DNA of 64,000 bases from Alphaproteobacteria bacterium (GTDB lineage: Bacteria; Pseudomonadota; Alphaproteobacteria; UBA6615), in the NCBI GenBank assembly GCA_009694135.1, contig SHVS01000009.1, positions 5,319-69,318 of the forward strand. The letters are read 5' to 3'. The position numbers were made by a program, and so were the translations under genes. Numbering within the stretch: position 1 is the stretch's first letter; each line of letters starts with the position of its first letter. Positions 28,933 through 39,718 of this stretch are shown here, piece after piece. The notes beneath the pieces are model-generated. The model did no database searches, was not told the DNA's origin, and worked only from the letters and a program-made list of their open reading frames with translations.

Positions 28933-29802
28933 ATGGCGGACAAGAAGTCGGCGCGGCCGCATATCATCGTTCTCGGCAATCAGAAGGGCGGCACCGGGAA
29001 ATCGACGACCGCCATGCATTTGATCGCGAGCTTGTTGCATCGCGGCTTCAAGGTCGGCGCGATCGACCTCGATGCGCGCCAGGGCACGCTGACCCGCTAT
29101 GTCCAAAACCGCCGCGCCTTCGTAAAGCGCAAGGGCGTCGCCCTGCCGCTGCCGGAATTGGTGGCGGTCCAGGCTTCCGAGGTCTCCGACCGCAAGGCGG
29201 CCGAGCGCGAGGAAAACGAACGACTGGGGGAGACCCTGGAGGGGCTGTCCGCCTGCGCTTTCGTGGTCATCGACACCGCCGGCAATGCCGATCATTTGTC
29301 GCGCCTCGGCCATTCGCATGCCGACACGCTGATCACGCCGATGAACGACAGCTTCATCGACCTAGACCTGCTGGCCGAGATCGATCCCGAAACGCATAAG
29401 GTGATCCGCCCTAGCCAGTACAGCGTCATGGTCTGGGAGCAGCGCAAGGTGCGCGCGGTCAAGGATCGCGGCACCATCGACTGGGTGGTCAGCCGCAACC
29501 GCATCTCCTCGATTGCCTCGCGTAACCAGAAGCGGATTGAGGGCGCGCTGGCCGAGCTGGCGCGGCGCATCGGCTTTCGCCTGGCACCCGGTTTTGGCGA
29601 GCGCGTGATTTTCCGCGAGCTGTTCCTCAATGGGCTGACGCTACTTGACGTAAAAGACAGCGGCGAGGCGCTGACCATGTCGCATGTGGCGGCGCGGCAG
29701 GAGGTGCGCGCGTTGCTTGACGCCATCGGCCTGAAGGCACCCGAGGAGGCGGAAGCCGCCCCCACCGCGCGCGCCCCGGCGGAGGTTGCCGCCTATGCGT
29801 AG
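28933..29802 (+). CDS. mipZ: MipZ-like ParA/MinD-family ATPase
   Basis: In frame 28858-29802, start moved to ATG 28933. The stretch IIVLGNQKGGTGKSTTAMHLIASLL..GFKVGAIDLDARQGTLTRYVQNRRAF matches the MipZ deviant Walker A and DLDxRQ signature. Confidence 0.75.
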   Translation: MADKKSARPHIIVLGNQKGGTGKSTTAMHLIASLLHRGFKVGAIDLDARQGTLTRYVQNRRAFVKRKGVALPLPELVAVQASEVSDRKAAEREENERLGETLEGLSACAFVVIDTAGNADHLSRLGHSHADTLITPMNDSFIDLDLLAEIDPETHKVIRPSQYSVMVWEQRKVRAVKDRGTIDWVVSRNRISSIASRNQKRIEGALAELARRIGFRLAPGFGERVIFRELFLNGLTLLDVKDSGEALTMSHVAARQEVRALLDAIGLKAPEEAEAAPTARAPAEVAAYA

Positions 29803-29863
29803 CGGGGCTTGAGGGCGGGGGCGTAGGGGCGCACATAATGGGGCGCAGGCGAGTGCCCCGGCG

Positions 29864-30571
29864 ATGAAAAAAACCCAGCTTCCAGCGACGCCCTCCTTGA
29901 AGTCGGAGGTCGGCGCCTTCCTGGCCACGCTCAAGGCCACGCCGCAAGCTCCGGCCGGGCGTGGCCGCCTGCTGTTCGCCATCGATGCCACCGCCTCGCG
30001 CGAGCCGACTTGGGACCTTGCCTGTCAGATCCAGGCCGAAATGTTCGCCGCGGCGGAATTGCTCGGCGGGATCGAAATCCAGCTCTGCTTCTATCGAGGT
30101 TTCAGCGAGTGCAAGGCGACCCCGTGGCTCGGCAGCGCGGCCGAACTCGTTCGGCGCATGATCGGCGTCCGCTGCCAGCCCGGCCGGACCCAGATCGTCA
30201 AAGTACTGCACCGCGCCCTCGCCGAAACGCGCGCTCAGAAAGTCAATGCCCTGGTCTTCGTTGGCGATGTGATCGAGGAGGATATCGACGAGCTCGACCA
30301 TCTGGCGGGCGAACTGGGGTTGCTCGCGACTCCGGCCTTTGTCTTCCAAGAAGGCGGTGACCCGATCGCGCGCCGCACCTTCGAGACCATCGCGCGATTA
30401 TCGGGCGGTGCCTACAGCCCATTCGATACCGGGAGCGCCGCGCAGCTCAAGGCCTTGCTCACCGCCGTCGCCGTGTTTTCGGCGGGCGGGCGCGCGGCGC
30501 TCGAAAATCACGCGCGCAGGGCCGGCGGGCCAGCGCTGGCGCTGACGCATCAACTCGGCGGGCGAAAGTGA
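29864..30571 (+). CDS. VWA-like domain protein (MIDAS-like DATAS)
   Basis: 235-aa ORF with LLFAIDATASREPTWD, then ...VFVGDVIEEDIDEL... Fold assignment is by motif only. Confidence 0.6.
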   Translation: MKKTQLPATPSLKSEVGAFLATLKATPQAPAGRGRLLFAIDATASREPTWDLACQIQAEMFAAAELLGGIEIQLCFYRGFSECKATPWLGSAAELVRRMIGVRCQPGRTQIVKVLHRALAETRAQKVNALVFVGDVIEEDIDELDHLAGELGLLATPAFVFQEGGDPIARRTFETIARLSGGAYSPFDTGSAAQLKALLTAVAVFSAGGRAALENHARRAGGPALALTHQLGGRK

Positions 30572-30593
30572 ACCGCGGCCGTCGGATCATACG

Positions 30594-31280
30594 ATGAGCG
30601 GGCTACTGCTCGGCCTATTGCTGCCGCTGGCCGTTCTCGGCGTCATCTGGTTGTTCACGCGCGCCGACGTGAAGCGCCTGGCGCAGTATCTTCCCGCCGT
30701 GGCGCTGGTTCTTGGCATTGGCGTTGCCGCCTTCCTGCTCACGAGCGGACGCTGGGTCTTCGTGCCCTTCGTGTTGCCGGCATTGATTCCATGGACGACG
30801 CAGCGGGCCAGGCAGCGCGCCAGTAAAGCCGGCGGAGAGGCAAGGGGGCAAAGCTCGACGGTCGCGGCCCGTTTCCTGCGCATGACGCTCGATCACGCCA
30901 GCGGCAAGGTGGATGGCGAGGTGCTGGAGGGAGCCCTCGCCGGACGGCGGCTGGGCAGATTATCTCTGGCCGAGGCGCTGGCCCTGTGGCGCGAATGCGC
31001 GGCCGATGATGCGTCACGGCTGCTGATGGAAAGCTTTCTCGACCGCGCGCATGGGACCAAGTGGCGCCAGCTCGAAGACGCCCCGCCACGCAGCGCCGGC
31101 GAGGGTCCGATGACGCGCGAGGAGGCGCGGGCCGTGCTCGGCGTTCCCGCAAGCGCGAGCGAGGTCGAAATCGAGTCCGCCTTCCGCCGCGTGATGCGCC
31201 GCGCACACCCCGATCAGGGTGGCTCGGATTGGCTGGCGGCCAAGGTCAACCGCGCGCGCGAGGTGTTGCTCGGGCGGTAG
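30594..31280 (+). CDS. Membrane-anchored J-domain protein (DnaJ-like, C-terminal J domain)
   Basis: 228-aa ORF with two N-terminal TM helices and a C-terminal J domain carrying HPD (AFRRVMRRAHPDQGGS). Confidence 0.8.
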   Translation: MSGLLLGLLLPLAVLGVIWLFTRADVKRLAQYLPAVALVLGIGVAAFLLTSGRWVFVPFVLPALIPWTTQRARQRASKAGGEARGQSSTVAARFLRMTLDHASGKVDGEVLEGALAGRRLGRLSLAEALALWRECAADDASRLLMESFLDRAHGTKWRQLEDAPPRSAGEGPMTREEARAVLGVPASASEVEIESAFRRVMRRAHPDQGGSDWLAAKVNRAREVLLGR

Positions 31281-31375
31281 GCGCGTTACCTTGCTCTGCC
31301 GGTCGGCGCTATGGCAGAAGCAAGGGCGCCAGCGGACAGTGCTCCGCGCCGCGCGGAGGGGGAGAGTACAAGTCG

Positions 31376-32260
<885 letters not shown>

Positions 32261-32308
32261 CCGATTAGGCGCAAGTTTTGTGATCGTTCAAAACCACTAG
32301 GTTCCGCA

Positions 32309-33640
32309 ATGCGTATCGCAATGGTTGGCACCGGCTATGTCGGACTCGTCTCCGGCGCTTGCTTCTCCGAATTCGGCTGGTCGGTGACCTGCGTCGACCG
32401 CGACCGCGAGAAAATCGCCCGGCTGGAAAAGGGCGAGATCCCGATCTTCGAGCCCGGGCTTGGGCCGCTGGTCGAGAAAGGTGTCGCCGATGGGCGGCTG
32501 AAATTCACCACCAACCTCACGCAGGCGGTCGCCCAGGCCAATATCGTGTTCATCGCCGTCGGTACGCCCTCGCGCCGCGGCGATGGCCACGCGGATCTGA
32601 GCCATGTCTTTTGCGCCGCGCGCGAGATCGCGGCCGCGATTAAGCACTACACGGTGATCGTCACCAAATCGACGGTTCCGGTCGGCACCAGCCGCAAGAT
32701 CGCGCAACTGGTGCGCGAAGTCGCGCCCAAGGCCGAATTCGATGTGGTCTCCAATCCGGAATTTCTGCGCGAAGGCTCGGCGATTACCGATTTCATGCGG
32801 CCCGACCGGGTCGTTATTGGCTCGGATAGCGCGCGCGCGGTCGAGGCGATGAAAGTGCTCTATCGGCCGCTGTATTTGTTGGAAACGCCGGTGGTCGTCA
32901 CCTCGCTGGAATCTTCCGAGCTGACGAAATACGCCGCGAATGCGTTTCTCGCGACCAAGATCACCTTCATCAACCAGATCGCCGATTTGGCCGAGCGCGT
33001 CGGCGCCGATGTGCAGGATGTGGCCAAGGGCATCGGACTCGACGGCCGCATCGGGCGCAAGTTCCTGCATGCCGGTCCTGGATTCGGGGGTTCCTGCCTG
33101 CCCAAGGACTTGCGGGCGTTACTTAATACAGCGGATGAAGCTGGTGCCGAGTTGACCGTGATTGCCGCCGTAGCCGGGGCCAATGAGGCGCGTAAGGCCG
33201 ACATGGCGAGGCGCATTCTCGACGCCTGCCAGGGAATCAAGAAGCCAATGATCGCGGTCCTTGGGGTCGCCTTCAAACCGGGCACCGACGACATGCGCGA
33301 AGCGCCGAGCTTGGAAATCCTGCCGCGCCTGCAACAAGCGGGCGCGAAAATCCGCGCCTTCGATCCGGCGGCGATGGCGGCGGCCGAACCGATTATGCCC
33401 GGCGTGCATTGGTGCAGCGATGCCTATGACGCGATGCAGGACGCGGATGTGGTGGTCCTGCTCACGGAATGGAACGAATTTCGTGGCCTCGATCTGGAGC
33501 GGGCCCGCAGGCTGATGCGCACGCCGGTGATGGTTGATCTGCGCAACGTCTATACTCCGGCCGCGATCGCGGCAGCCGGGTTCAAATATACCAGCATCGG
33601 TCGGCGCTCCGAGGACCCGGCACAGAAGTCGAGCCTATGA
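32309..33640 (+). CDS. ugd: UDP-glucose 6-dehydrogenase
   Basis: 443-aa ORF with MRIAMVGTGYVGLVSGACF and catalytic GFGGSCLPKD. Confidence 0.93.
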   Translation: MRIAMVGTGYVGLVSGACFSEFGWSVTCVDRDREKIARLEKGEIPIFEPGLGPLVEKGVADGRLKFTTNLTQAVAQANIVFIAVGTPSRRGDGHADLSHVFCAAREIAAAIKHYTVIVTKSTVPVGTSRKIAQLVREVAPKAEFDVVSNPEFLREGSAITDFMRPDRVVIGSDSARAVEAMKVLYRPLYLLETPVVVTSLESSELTKYAANAFLATKITFINQIADLAERVGADVQDVAKGIGLDGRIGRKFLHAGPGFGGSCLPKDLRALLNTADEAGAELTVIAAVAGANEARKADMARRILDACQGIKKPMIAVLGVAFKPGTDDMREAPSLEILPRLQQAGAKIRAFDPAAMAAAEPIMPGVHWCSDAYDAMQDADVVVLLTEWNEFRGLDLERARRLMRTPVMVDLRNVYTPAAIAAAGFKYTSIGRRSEDPAQKSSL

Positions 33641-35022
33641 GCACGCATCGCTTCGAACCGACCATCCTGCGCGAATACGATGTGCGCGGCATTGTTGGTG
33701 AGTCGTTGTTCGAGGCCGATGCGCTGGCGCTCGGCCGCGCCTTCGGCACGCGCCTGATCCGCGCGGGCGGACGAACAGTCGCGGTCGGTTTCGACGGCCG
33801 CCCGACTTCGCCGGCGCTCGAGACCAAACTGGTCGAAGGGTTGCTGGGCTGCGGATTGCAGATCGTGCGCGTCGGACTTGGGCCGACGCCGATGCTGTCT
33901 TATGCCGCTAAAACCCTGCCCACCGATGGTGGGGTGATGGTCACCGGCAGCCACAACCCGGCCCGGCATAACGGCTTCAAGATGACGCTTCAGGGCAAGT
34001 CGTTCTTTGGCGCCGATATTCAGGCCTTGGGAACACTGGCGGCGGAGGCCGATTTCGAGCGCGGTGCTGGAAGCAAACGCGATTACGATCTGCAGGACGC
34101 TTACGCGCAACGGCTGGCGGATGAATTCGACGGCCCGACTTGCGCGCTCACCATTGGTTGGGATCCGGGCAACGGCGCGGCCGGGGAAATCCTCACGCGG
34201 CTGATCAAGCGTCTGCCGGGACGGCACCATGTCATCAACGGTGCGATCGACGGCACCTTTCCGAACCACCATCCCGATCCGACGGTTCTAGAGAATCTGG
34301 CGCAGTTGCAAACGCTGGTGCGTGACAAGCGTTGCGACCTCGGCATCGCCTTCGACGGCGACGCCGACCGCATCGGCGTGGTCGACGGCAAGGGCCGCGC
34401 GCTTTATGCGGATCAGCTGATGCTGATCTACGCCGAGGAATTGCTCGCGCGCATGCCGGGCAAGCCGATCATCGCCGATGTGAAATCCTCTCAAGTGCTG
34501 TTCGACGGCGTGGCTAAGCTCGGCGGCCGGCCGGTGATGTGGAAGACTGGCCATTCTCTGATCAAGGCGAAGATGGCCGAACTCAAGGCGCCGTTTGCCG
34601 GCGAGATGAGCGGCCATCTGTTCTTCGCCGATCGCTACTACGGTTTCGACGACGCGCTTTACGCCGCGGTTCGGCTGATGCGGCTGCTGACCGTCGGGCA
34701 CACGAGCCTGGCCGCGCTGCGCGACCGCATTCCGGCCGTGGTCAATACGCCGGAGTTGCGTTTCGCCTGCCCGGAAGAGCGCAAATTCGCCATCGTCGCC
34801 GAGGTGCTGGCGCGGCAAAAAGCAAAGGGCGCCGAGGTCAGCGACATCGATGGCGCGCGCGTGCGCTCTAAGGCAGGCTGGTGGCTGTTGCGCGCGTCGA
34901 ATACTCAGGCGGTCCTGGTCGCGCGCTGCGAAGCGGCGGACGAGGCCGGCCTGGCCGAACTCAAGAGCACGCTGGTGGCTGAGCTTGATGCGAGCGGGGT
35001 CGCGCCGCCGCCTGGCCTGTAG
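33637..35022 (+). CDS. Phosphomannomutase/phosphoglucomutase
   Basis: 461-aa ORF with active-site TGSHNPARHNGFK and metal-binding loop FDGDADR. ATGA overlap with ugd. Confidence 0.92.
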   Translation: MSTHRFEPTILREYDVRGIVGESLFEADALALGRAFGTRLIRAGGRTVAVGFDGRPTSPALETKLVEGLLGCGLQIVRVGLGPTPMLSYAAKTLPTDGGVMVTGSHNPARHNGFKMTLQGKSFFGADIQALGTLAAEADFERGAGSKRDYDLQDAYAQRLADEFDGPTCALTIGWDPGNGAAGEILTRLIKRLPGRHHVINGAIDGTFPNHHPDPTVLENLAQLQTLVRDKRCDLGIAFDGDADRIGVVDGKGRALYADQLMLIYAEELLARMPGKPIIADVKSSQVLFDGVAKLGGRPVMWKTGHSLIKAKMAELKAPFAGEMSGHLFFADRYYGFDDALYAAVRLMRLLTVGHTSLAALRDRIPAVVNTPELRFACPEERKFAIVAEVLARQKAKGAEVSDIDGARVRSKAGWWLLRASNTQAVLVARCEAADEAGLAELKSTLVAELDASGVAPPPGL

Positions 35023-35035
35023 ATTACGGGCCGCG

Positions 35036-35449
35036 ATGCGGCCGCGCCGGCTATTCGTCTATGGTACCTTGCGCGACGTGAAACTTCGCGAAGCGCTGCT
35101 CGGCCGAAGCGCCGCGCGAGTGCGTATCCGCCCCGCACGGCTCATGGGTTTCCGTATCCTGCGATCGCCGCGCGGCGATTGGCCGGTCCTGCGGCGCTCA
35201 CCAAAATCCCGCGTCATTGGCGAATGTCTCGAACCCTTGGTCGCGGCGCAGTTGCGGCGGCTTGGACGCTATGAGGGCGTGGAGTATCGTCTGACGGTGG
35301 TGCGGGTGAGGGGGCTGATGGTCGCTGGCTCAGCGCCCTCGCCTATCTGCCGCGCCGCGCGTTGGCCGGCGGCCGCGGCTGGGATTTTGCTCGCTGGAGC
35401 GCACTCCGCTCAGCGGCGGGTGATTAACCCCGAACCGGGCCGAAGGTGA
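35036..35449 (+). CDS. Gamma-glutamylcyclotransferase (GGCT/AIG2-like) family protein, probably frameshifted near nt 35310-35314
   Basis: In frame 34850-35449, start moved to ATG 35036 (RRLFVYGTLRD...). After a G5 run, the neighbouring frame reads a more family-like C-terminus (ADGRWLSALAYLP...GWDFARW) ending at TAA 35425-35427. Confidence 0.6.
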   Translation: MRPRRLFVYGTLRDVKLREALLGRSAARVRIRPARLMGFRILRSPRGDWPVLRRSPKSRVIGECLEPLVAAQLRRLGRYEGVEYRLTVVRVRGLMVAGSAPSPICRAARWPAAAAGILLAGAHSAQRRVINPEPGRR

Positions 35450-36773
35450 CGGCACCCGAAGGCTTAACCACCGAGCAAATCTGCTTCATCTGCTCGAGCG
35501 CGATACAGGCGGCCTCGGCTTCATCGGCAGCCAGCCCGACGATGCGGGCGCGATAGAAAGTGCGGCCGGCGGCGCGCACTTGCAGCAGCTTGATTTCCGC
35601 CGTGCCGAGGAGTTCGGGCGCCATGTCGGTGGCGCTGATCGCCGCGTGGCCGGCGGCGACCGGACCGGTAAAACCGCCGAGCTGCACGGCCCAGTCGCGC
35701 GTTTCGGCCGCATCCTCGGAGCCGATCGACCCGGTATCGTTCGGATCGCCGGCGGCGATGGCGATTTTGGTGGGCGCGGTGTTCGAGCGCGGTTTGGACT
35801 TAACCTCGACGATCGGACGCGCGCGCACTATCTTCGGGCTCGCGGCTGACGGGCTAACGGCCTTCGGGCTCTCGGTCGGGCGCGGGCGCGGCACGGCGGC
35901 CACCAACGGCCGGTCCTGCGCCGTCGCGAAGCCGTGATCGAGCAGCGCCCGCATCTCAAGGTCGCGCGAGCGCGCCGTTCTGCCGCCAAAGATCACGCCA
36001 ATCAGCCGCCGCCCGTCACGCTCGGCCGAGGCGACAAGGTTAAACCCTGAGGCATTTATATAACCGGTCTTGATGCCGTCGGCGCCGTCATAGGCCGCCA
36101 TCAGGTGATTGTGCGTCCGAAAAGTGCGACCGTTATAGGTGAACTCTTCGACCGAAAAGAATTTATACTCCTGCGGAAAATCCCGCAGCAGGGCTTGGCC
36201 GAGGGTGGCCATGTCGCGTGCCGAGGTCATTTGCCCCCGGTTGGGTAGGCCGGACGCGTTCTTGAATGTCGTGCGCGTCATGCCGAGCGCACGCGCCTTG
36301 CGGGTCATCATCTCGGCAAAGCGGCCTTCGTCGCCGCCCAGCGCCTCGCCAATGGTCACGGCGGCGTCATTGGCCGATTGTACCGTGATCCCCAATATAA
36401 GCTGGCGGAGCGGAACCTTGTCGCCTGCGCCGAGGCCGAGCTTGGACGGCGCCTGCGCCGCCGCATGCCGCGACACCTCGAGCGGAGTGTCGAGCTTGAG
36501 CCTGCCCTGGTGCACGGACTCGAACGCAAGATACAGCGTCATCAGCTTTGTCAGCGAGGCCGGGTACATCGTGGCGTCGGGGTCGAGTGCGGCAAGCGTT
36601 TGCCCGGTGCGGTTATCCAGCAGGAGGTAGGCGCGATGCGGCTCGGCCGCGCCGGCGGGCGTGCCGATCAGCACGCATAGCCCGAGCACTGTCGCCACCG
36701 ACCGCCCCCAAGCCCGCAAGAGGCGCGCCTCCGTCATCCGTGAACCCTGCTTATTTCTCCGCGACTCTAGCAT
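35424..36773 (-). CDS. D-alanyl-D-alanine carboxypeptidase (S11, PBP5/6-like) with a C-terminal SPOR-like domain
   Basis: 449-aa ORF with SLTKLMT (SxxK), SANDAA (SxN) and KTGY (KTG). The C-terminal part resembles a SPOR domain (WAVQLGGF...FYRARIVGL). Alternative start is ATG 36737. Confidence 0.88.
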   Translation of the reverse strand: MLESRRNKQGSRMTEARLLRAWGRSVATVLGLCVLIGTPAGAAEPHRAYLLLDNRTGQTLAALDPDATMYPASLTKLMTLYLAFESVHQGRLKLDTPLEVSRHAAAQAPSKLGLGAGDKVPLRQLILGITVQSANDAAVTIGEALGGDEGRFAEMMTRKARALGMTRTTFKNASGLPNRGQMTSARDMATLGQALLRDFPQEYKFFSVEEFTYNGRTFRTHNHLMAAYDGADGIKTGYINASGFNLVASAERDGRRLIGVIFGGRTARSRDLEMRALLDHGFATAQDRPLVAAVPRPRPTESPKAVSPSAASPKIVRARPIVEVKSKPRSNTAPTKIAIAAGDPNDTGSIGSEDAAETRDWAVQLGGFTGPVAAGHAAISATDMAPELLGTAEIKLLQVRAAGRTFYRARIVGLAADEAEAACIALEQMKQICSVVKPSGAVTFGPVRG

Positions 36774-37038
36774 GCCGATATCTAGCGATTGTTAGCTTGC
36801 ATTGTCCATAAGGCATCTTGCGTAAAGGCGTATTAACCATTGAAAACCAATATTAATTGTTAATCAGAGGCTGTTTTCGGTAGATTCGAGGGAGCGCGGA
36901 TGTCGATGTCGCCAGCGCGGGCGCGGGTGACATTTAAGCGAGCGTCGAAGGCGCAAGGGTCTTCCCTTGGCGGGGCGCGTCACGATATTGAATGATGGTC
37001 GCAACTTGCTAACCATGAGAGAGTACACGGTAAACGCC

Positions 37039-37389
37039 ATGGCGACTCTCGGCAGCCGCAATCGACCACCCGGGCGCGGTCCCGGCGACCCGAATACCGG
37101 CGTCGTCACCCGCACGCGGCCGAAGACCAAGCAGCCGTCGATGTATCGCGTGCTCATGCTCAATGACGATTACACGCCGATGGAGTTCGTCGTACTGGTG
37201 CTCGAAAAGCTCTTCTCCAAATCCTATGAGGAGGCAGTGCGCATCATGCTGCATGTCCATAATCATGGTGTCGGCGTCTGCGGCATCTTCACCTTCGAGG
37301 TGGCGGAGACGAAGGTGGCGCAGGTGATCGAGTTCGCGCGCCAGAACCAGCACCCATTGCAATGCACGCTGGAGAAAGAAGGGGAGTAG
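37039..37389 (+). CDS. clpS: ATP-dependent Clp protease adaptor ClpS
   Basis: In frame 36967-37389, ATG 37039 gives 116 aa, typical for ClpS. It contains [17 protein letters not shown] and ends ...[10 protein letters not shown]. Confidence 0.92.
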   Translation: MATLGSRNRPPGRGPGDPNTGVVTRTRPKTKQPSMYRVLMLNDDYTPMEFVVLVLEKLFSKSYEEAVRIMLHVHNHGVGVCGIFTFEVAETKVAQVIEFARQNQHPLQCTLEKEGE

Positions 37390-37400
37390 GCGTCTTGGGT

Positions 37401-39704
37401 ATGTTGTCGCGCAATCTGGAACAAAGCCTTCATCGCGCCCTGGCCAGCGCCCGCGAGCGCCGGCACGAATACTCGACCCTCGAGCATCTGTTGCTCGCGC
37501 TGACCGAGGATACCGACGCAGTGGCCGTGCTCAAGGCGTGCGGCGTCGATCTCGCCCGGTTGCGCTCCGAATTGACCGAATACCTCGACAAGGAACTCAA
37601 GAGCCTAGTTGTTGCCCGCCAGGAAGACCCGCGCCCAACCGCCGGCTTCCAGCGCGTGCTACAGCGCGCGGCGATCCACGTTCAATCCTCCGGCCGCGAG
37701 GAGGTCACCGGCGCCAATGTGCTGGTGGCGATGTTCTCCGAGCGCGAGAGCCACGCCGTCTATTATCTCGATCAACAGGGGATGAAGCGGCTGGATGCCG
37801 TCAATTTCATCTCGCATGGCATCGCCAAGGTGCCGGGCGAGGAGGCCGATCGCACCGTTACCGGCGCCGAGGAAGAAAGTCAGGCCGAGCGCGTGGTCAA
37901 GAAGGGGCAGGAGGCGCTGACCGCCTACTGCGTCAACCTCAACAAGAAGGCGCAAGCCGGCAAGATCGATCCGCTGATCGGGCGCGAAGCCGAGGTCGAT
38001 CGCACCATTCAGGTGCTCTGCCGGCGCAGCAAGAACAACCCGTTGTTCGTCGGCGAGCCGGGCGTCGGCAAGACCGCGATCGTCGAGGGGCTGGCGCGCC
38101 GCATCGTCGAAGGCCAGGTGCCCGATGTGCTTAAGCCGGCGGTCATCTTCACGCTCGACATGGGCTCGCTCTTGGCCGGGACGCGCTATCGCGGCGATTT
38201 CGAGGAGCGGCTCAAGGCGGTGATCTCCGAGCTCGAAGCGATGCCGCATTCGGTGCTGTTCATCGACGAAATCCACACCGTGATCGGCGCCGGCGCCACC
38301 TCCGGCGGGGCGATGGACGCCTCCAATCTGCTCAAACCGGCGCTGTCGAATGGCAGCCTGCGTTGCGTCGGCTCGACCACCTACAAGGAATACCGGAACT
38401 ACTTCGAGAAGGATCGCGCGCTTGTGCGCCGTTTCCAAAAGATCGACGTGCAAGAGCCCTCGGTCGAGGACGCGATCAAGATTCTGCGCGGGCTGAAGCC
38501 GTATTACGAAGAGCACCACAACATCCGCTACACCGAGGAGGCGATCCGCGCCGCGGTAGAGCTGTCGTCCAAATATATCGGCGACCGCAAGCTGCCGGAT
38601 AAGGCGATCGACGTCATCGACGAGACCGGCGCGGCACAGATGCTGCTCCCGCCGTCGAAGCGCAAGAAGACCATCGGCGTCAAGGACATCGAGGCCGTGG
38701 TGGCCAAGATCGCGCGCATCCCGCCCAAGTCGGTGTCGCGCGACGACAAGAAGTCGCTCGCCAATCTCGAGCGCGACCTCAAGACCATGGTCTTCGGCCA
38801 GGACAAGGCGATCACGGCTCTGTCGGCGGCGATCAAGCTCGCCCGCGCCGGCTTGCGCGAGCCGGAAAAGCCGATCGGCTGCTACCTGTTCTCCGGCCCG
38901 ACCGGCGTCGGCAAGACCGAAGTCGCGCGCCAGCTGGCGCGGTCGCTCGGCATCGAGCTCAAGCGCTTCGATATGTCGGAATACATGGAGCGGCACTCGA
39001 TTTCGCGCCTGATCGGCGCCCCGCCGGGCTATGTCGGCTTCGATCAGGGCGGCATGCTGACCGACGCGATCGACCAGCATCCGCATTGCGTGCTGCTGCT
39101 GGACGAGATCGAGAAGGCGCACTCGGACCTGTTCAACATCCTGTTGCAGGTGATGGACCACGGCAAGCTGACGGACCACAACGGCAAGTCGATCGATTTC
39201 CGCAATGTGATCCTGATCATGACCACCAACGCCGGCGCGCAGGAGATGGCTAAATCGGCCATCGGCTTCGGCCGCGAGACGCGTGAAGGCGAGGACATCG
39301 AGGCGATCAATCGCATGTTCTCGCCCGAGTTCCGCAACCGGCTCGACGCCACCATCGCCTTCGAGAGTCTCTCACCCGAAGTCGTCGCCAAGGTGGTGGA
39401 CAAGTTCATGTTCCAGCTCGAGGCGCAGCTCTCGGACCGCAACGTCACCATCGAGCTGAGCGATGAGGCGCGCAAATGGCTGGCCGAGCGCGGCTTCGAC
39501 CGCACCATGGGCGCGCGCCCGCTGTCGCGGGTCATTCAGGAGTACATCAAGAAGCCGCTCGCCGACGAGCTGCTGTTCGGCAAGCTGCAAAAGGGCGGCA
39601 CCGTGCGCGTCACCGTCAAGGACGATGTGCTCGCATTCGAGTACCATGCCTCGCCGTCGTCCTCCAAAGGTGCCGACGCCAAGGAGCCGGCCGAGGCGGA
39701 GTAG
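37401..39704 (+). CDS. clpA: ATP-dependent Clp protease ATP-binding subunit ClpA
   Basis: In frame 37362-39704, start moved to ATG 37401 ([14 protein letters not shown]...). It has two AAA+ modules (GEPGVGKTA and GPTGVGKTE). Confidence 0.96.
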   Translation: MLSRNLEQSLHRALASARERRHEYSTLEHLLLALTEDTDAVAVLKACGVDLARLRSELTEYLDKELKSLVVARQEDPRPTAGFQRVLQRAAIHVQSSGREEVTGANVLVAMFSERESHAVYYLDQQGMKRLDAVNFISHGIAKVPGEEADRTVTGAEEESQAERVVKKGQEALTAYCVNLNKKAQAGKIDPLIGREAEVDRTIQVLCRRSKNNPLFVGEPGVGKTAIVEGLARRIVEGQVPDVLKPAVIFTLDMGSLLAGTRYRGDFEERLKAVISELEAMPHSVLFIDEIHTVIGAGATSGGAMDASNLLKPALSNGSLRCVGSTTYKEYRNYFEKDRALVRRFQKIDVQEPSVEDAIKILRGLKPYYEEHHNIRYTEEAIRAAVELSSKYIGDRKLPDKAIDVIDETGAAQMLLPPSKRKKTIGVKDIEAVVAKIARIPPKSVSRDDKKSLANLERDLKTMVFGQDKAITALSAAIKLARAGLREPEKPIGCYLFSGPTGVGKTEVARQLARSLGIELKRFDMSEYMERHSISRLIGAPPGYVGFDQGGMLTDAIDQHPHCVLLLDEIEKAHSDLFNILLQVMDHGKLTDHNGKSIDFRNVILIMTTNAGAQEMAKSAIGFGRETREGEDIEAINRMFSPEFRNRLDATIAFESLSPEVVAKVVDKFMFQLEAQLSDRNVTIELSDEARKWLAERGFDRTMGARPLSRVIQEYIKKPLADELLFGKLQKGGTVRVTVKDDVLAFEYHASPSSSKGADAKEPAEAE

Positions 39705-39718
39705 GGCGCGCCTACTCC
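39698..39718. terminator. Hairpin shared by the convergent clpA and DUF482 gene ends (no U-tract)
   Basis: GGAGTAGG-gcgcg-CCTACTCC. Both stop codons (TAG 39702-39704 on plus, TAG 39714-39712 on minus) lie inside the stem. Confidence 0.25.
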
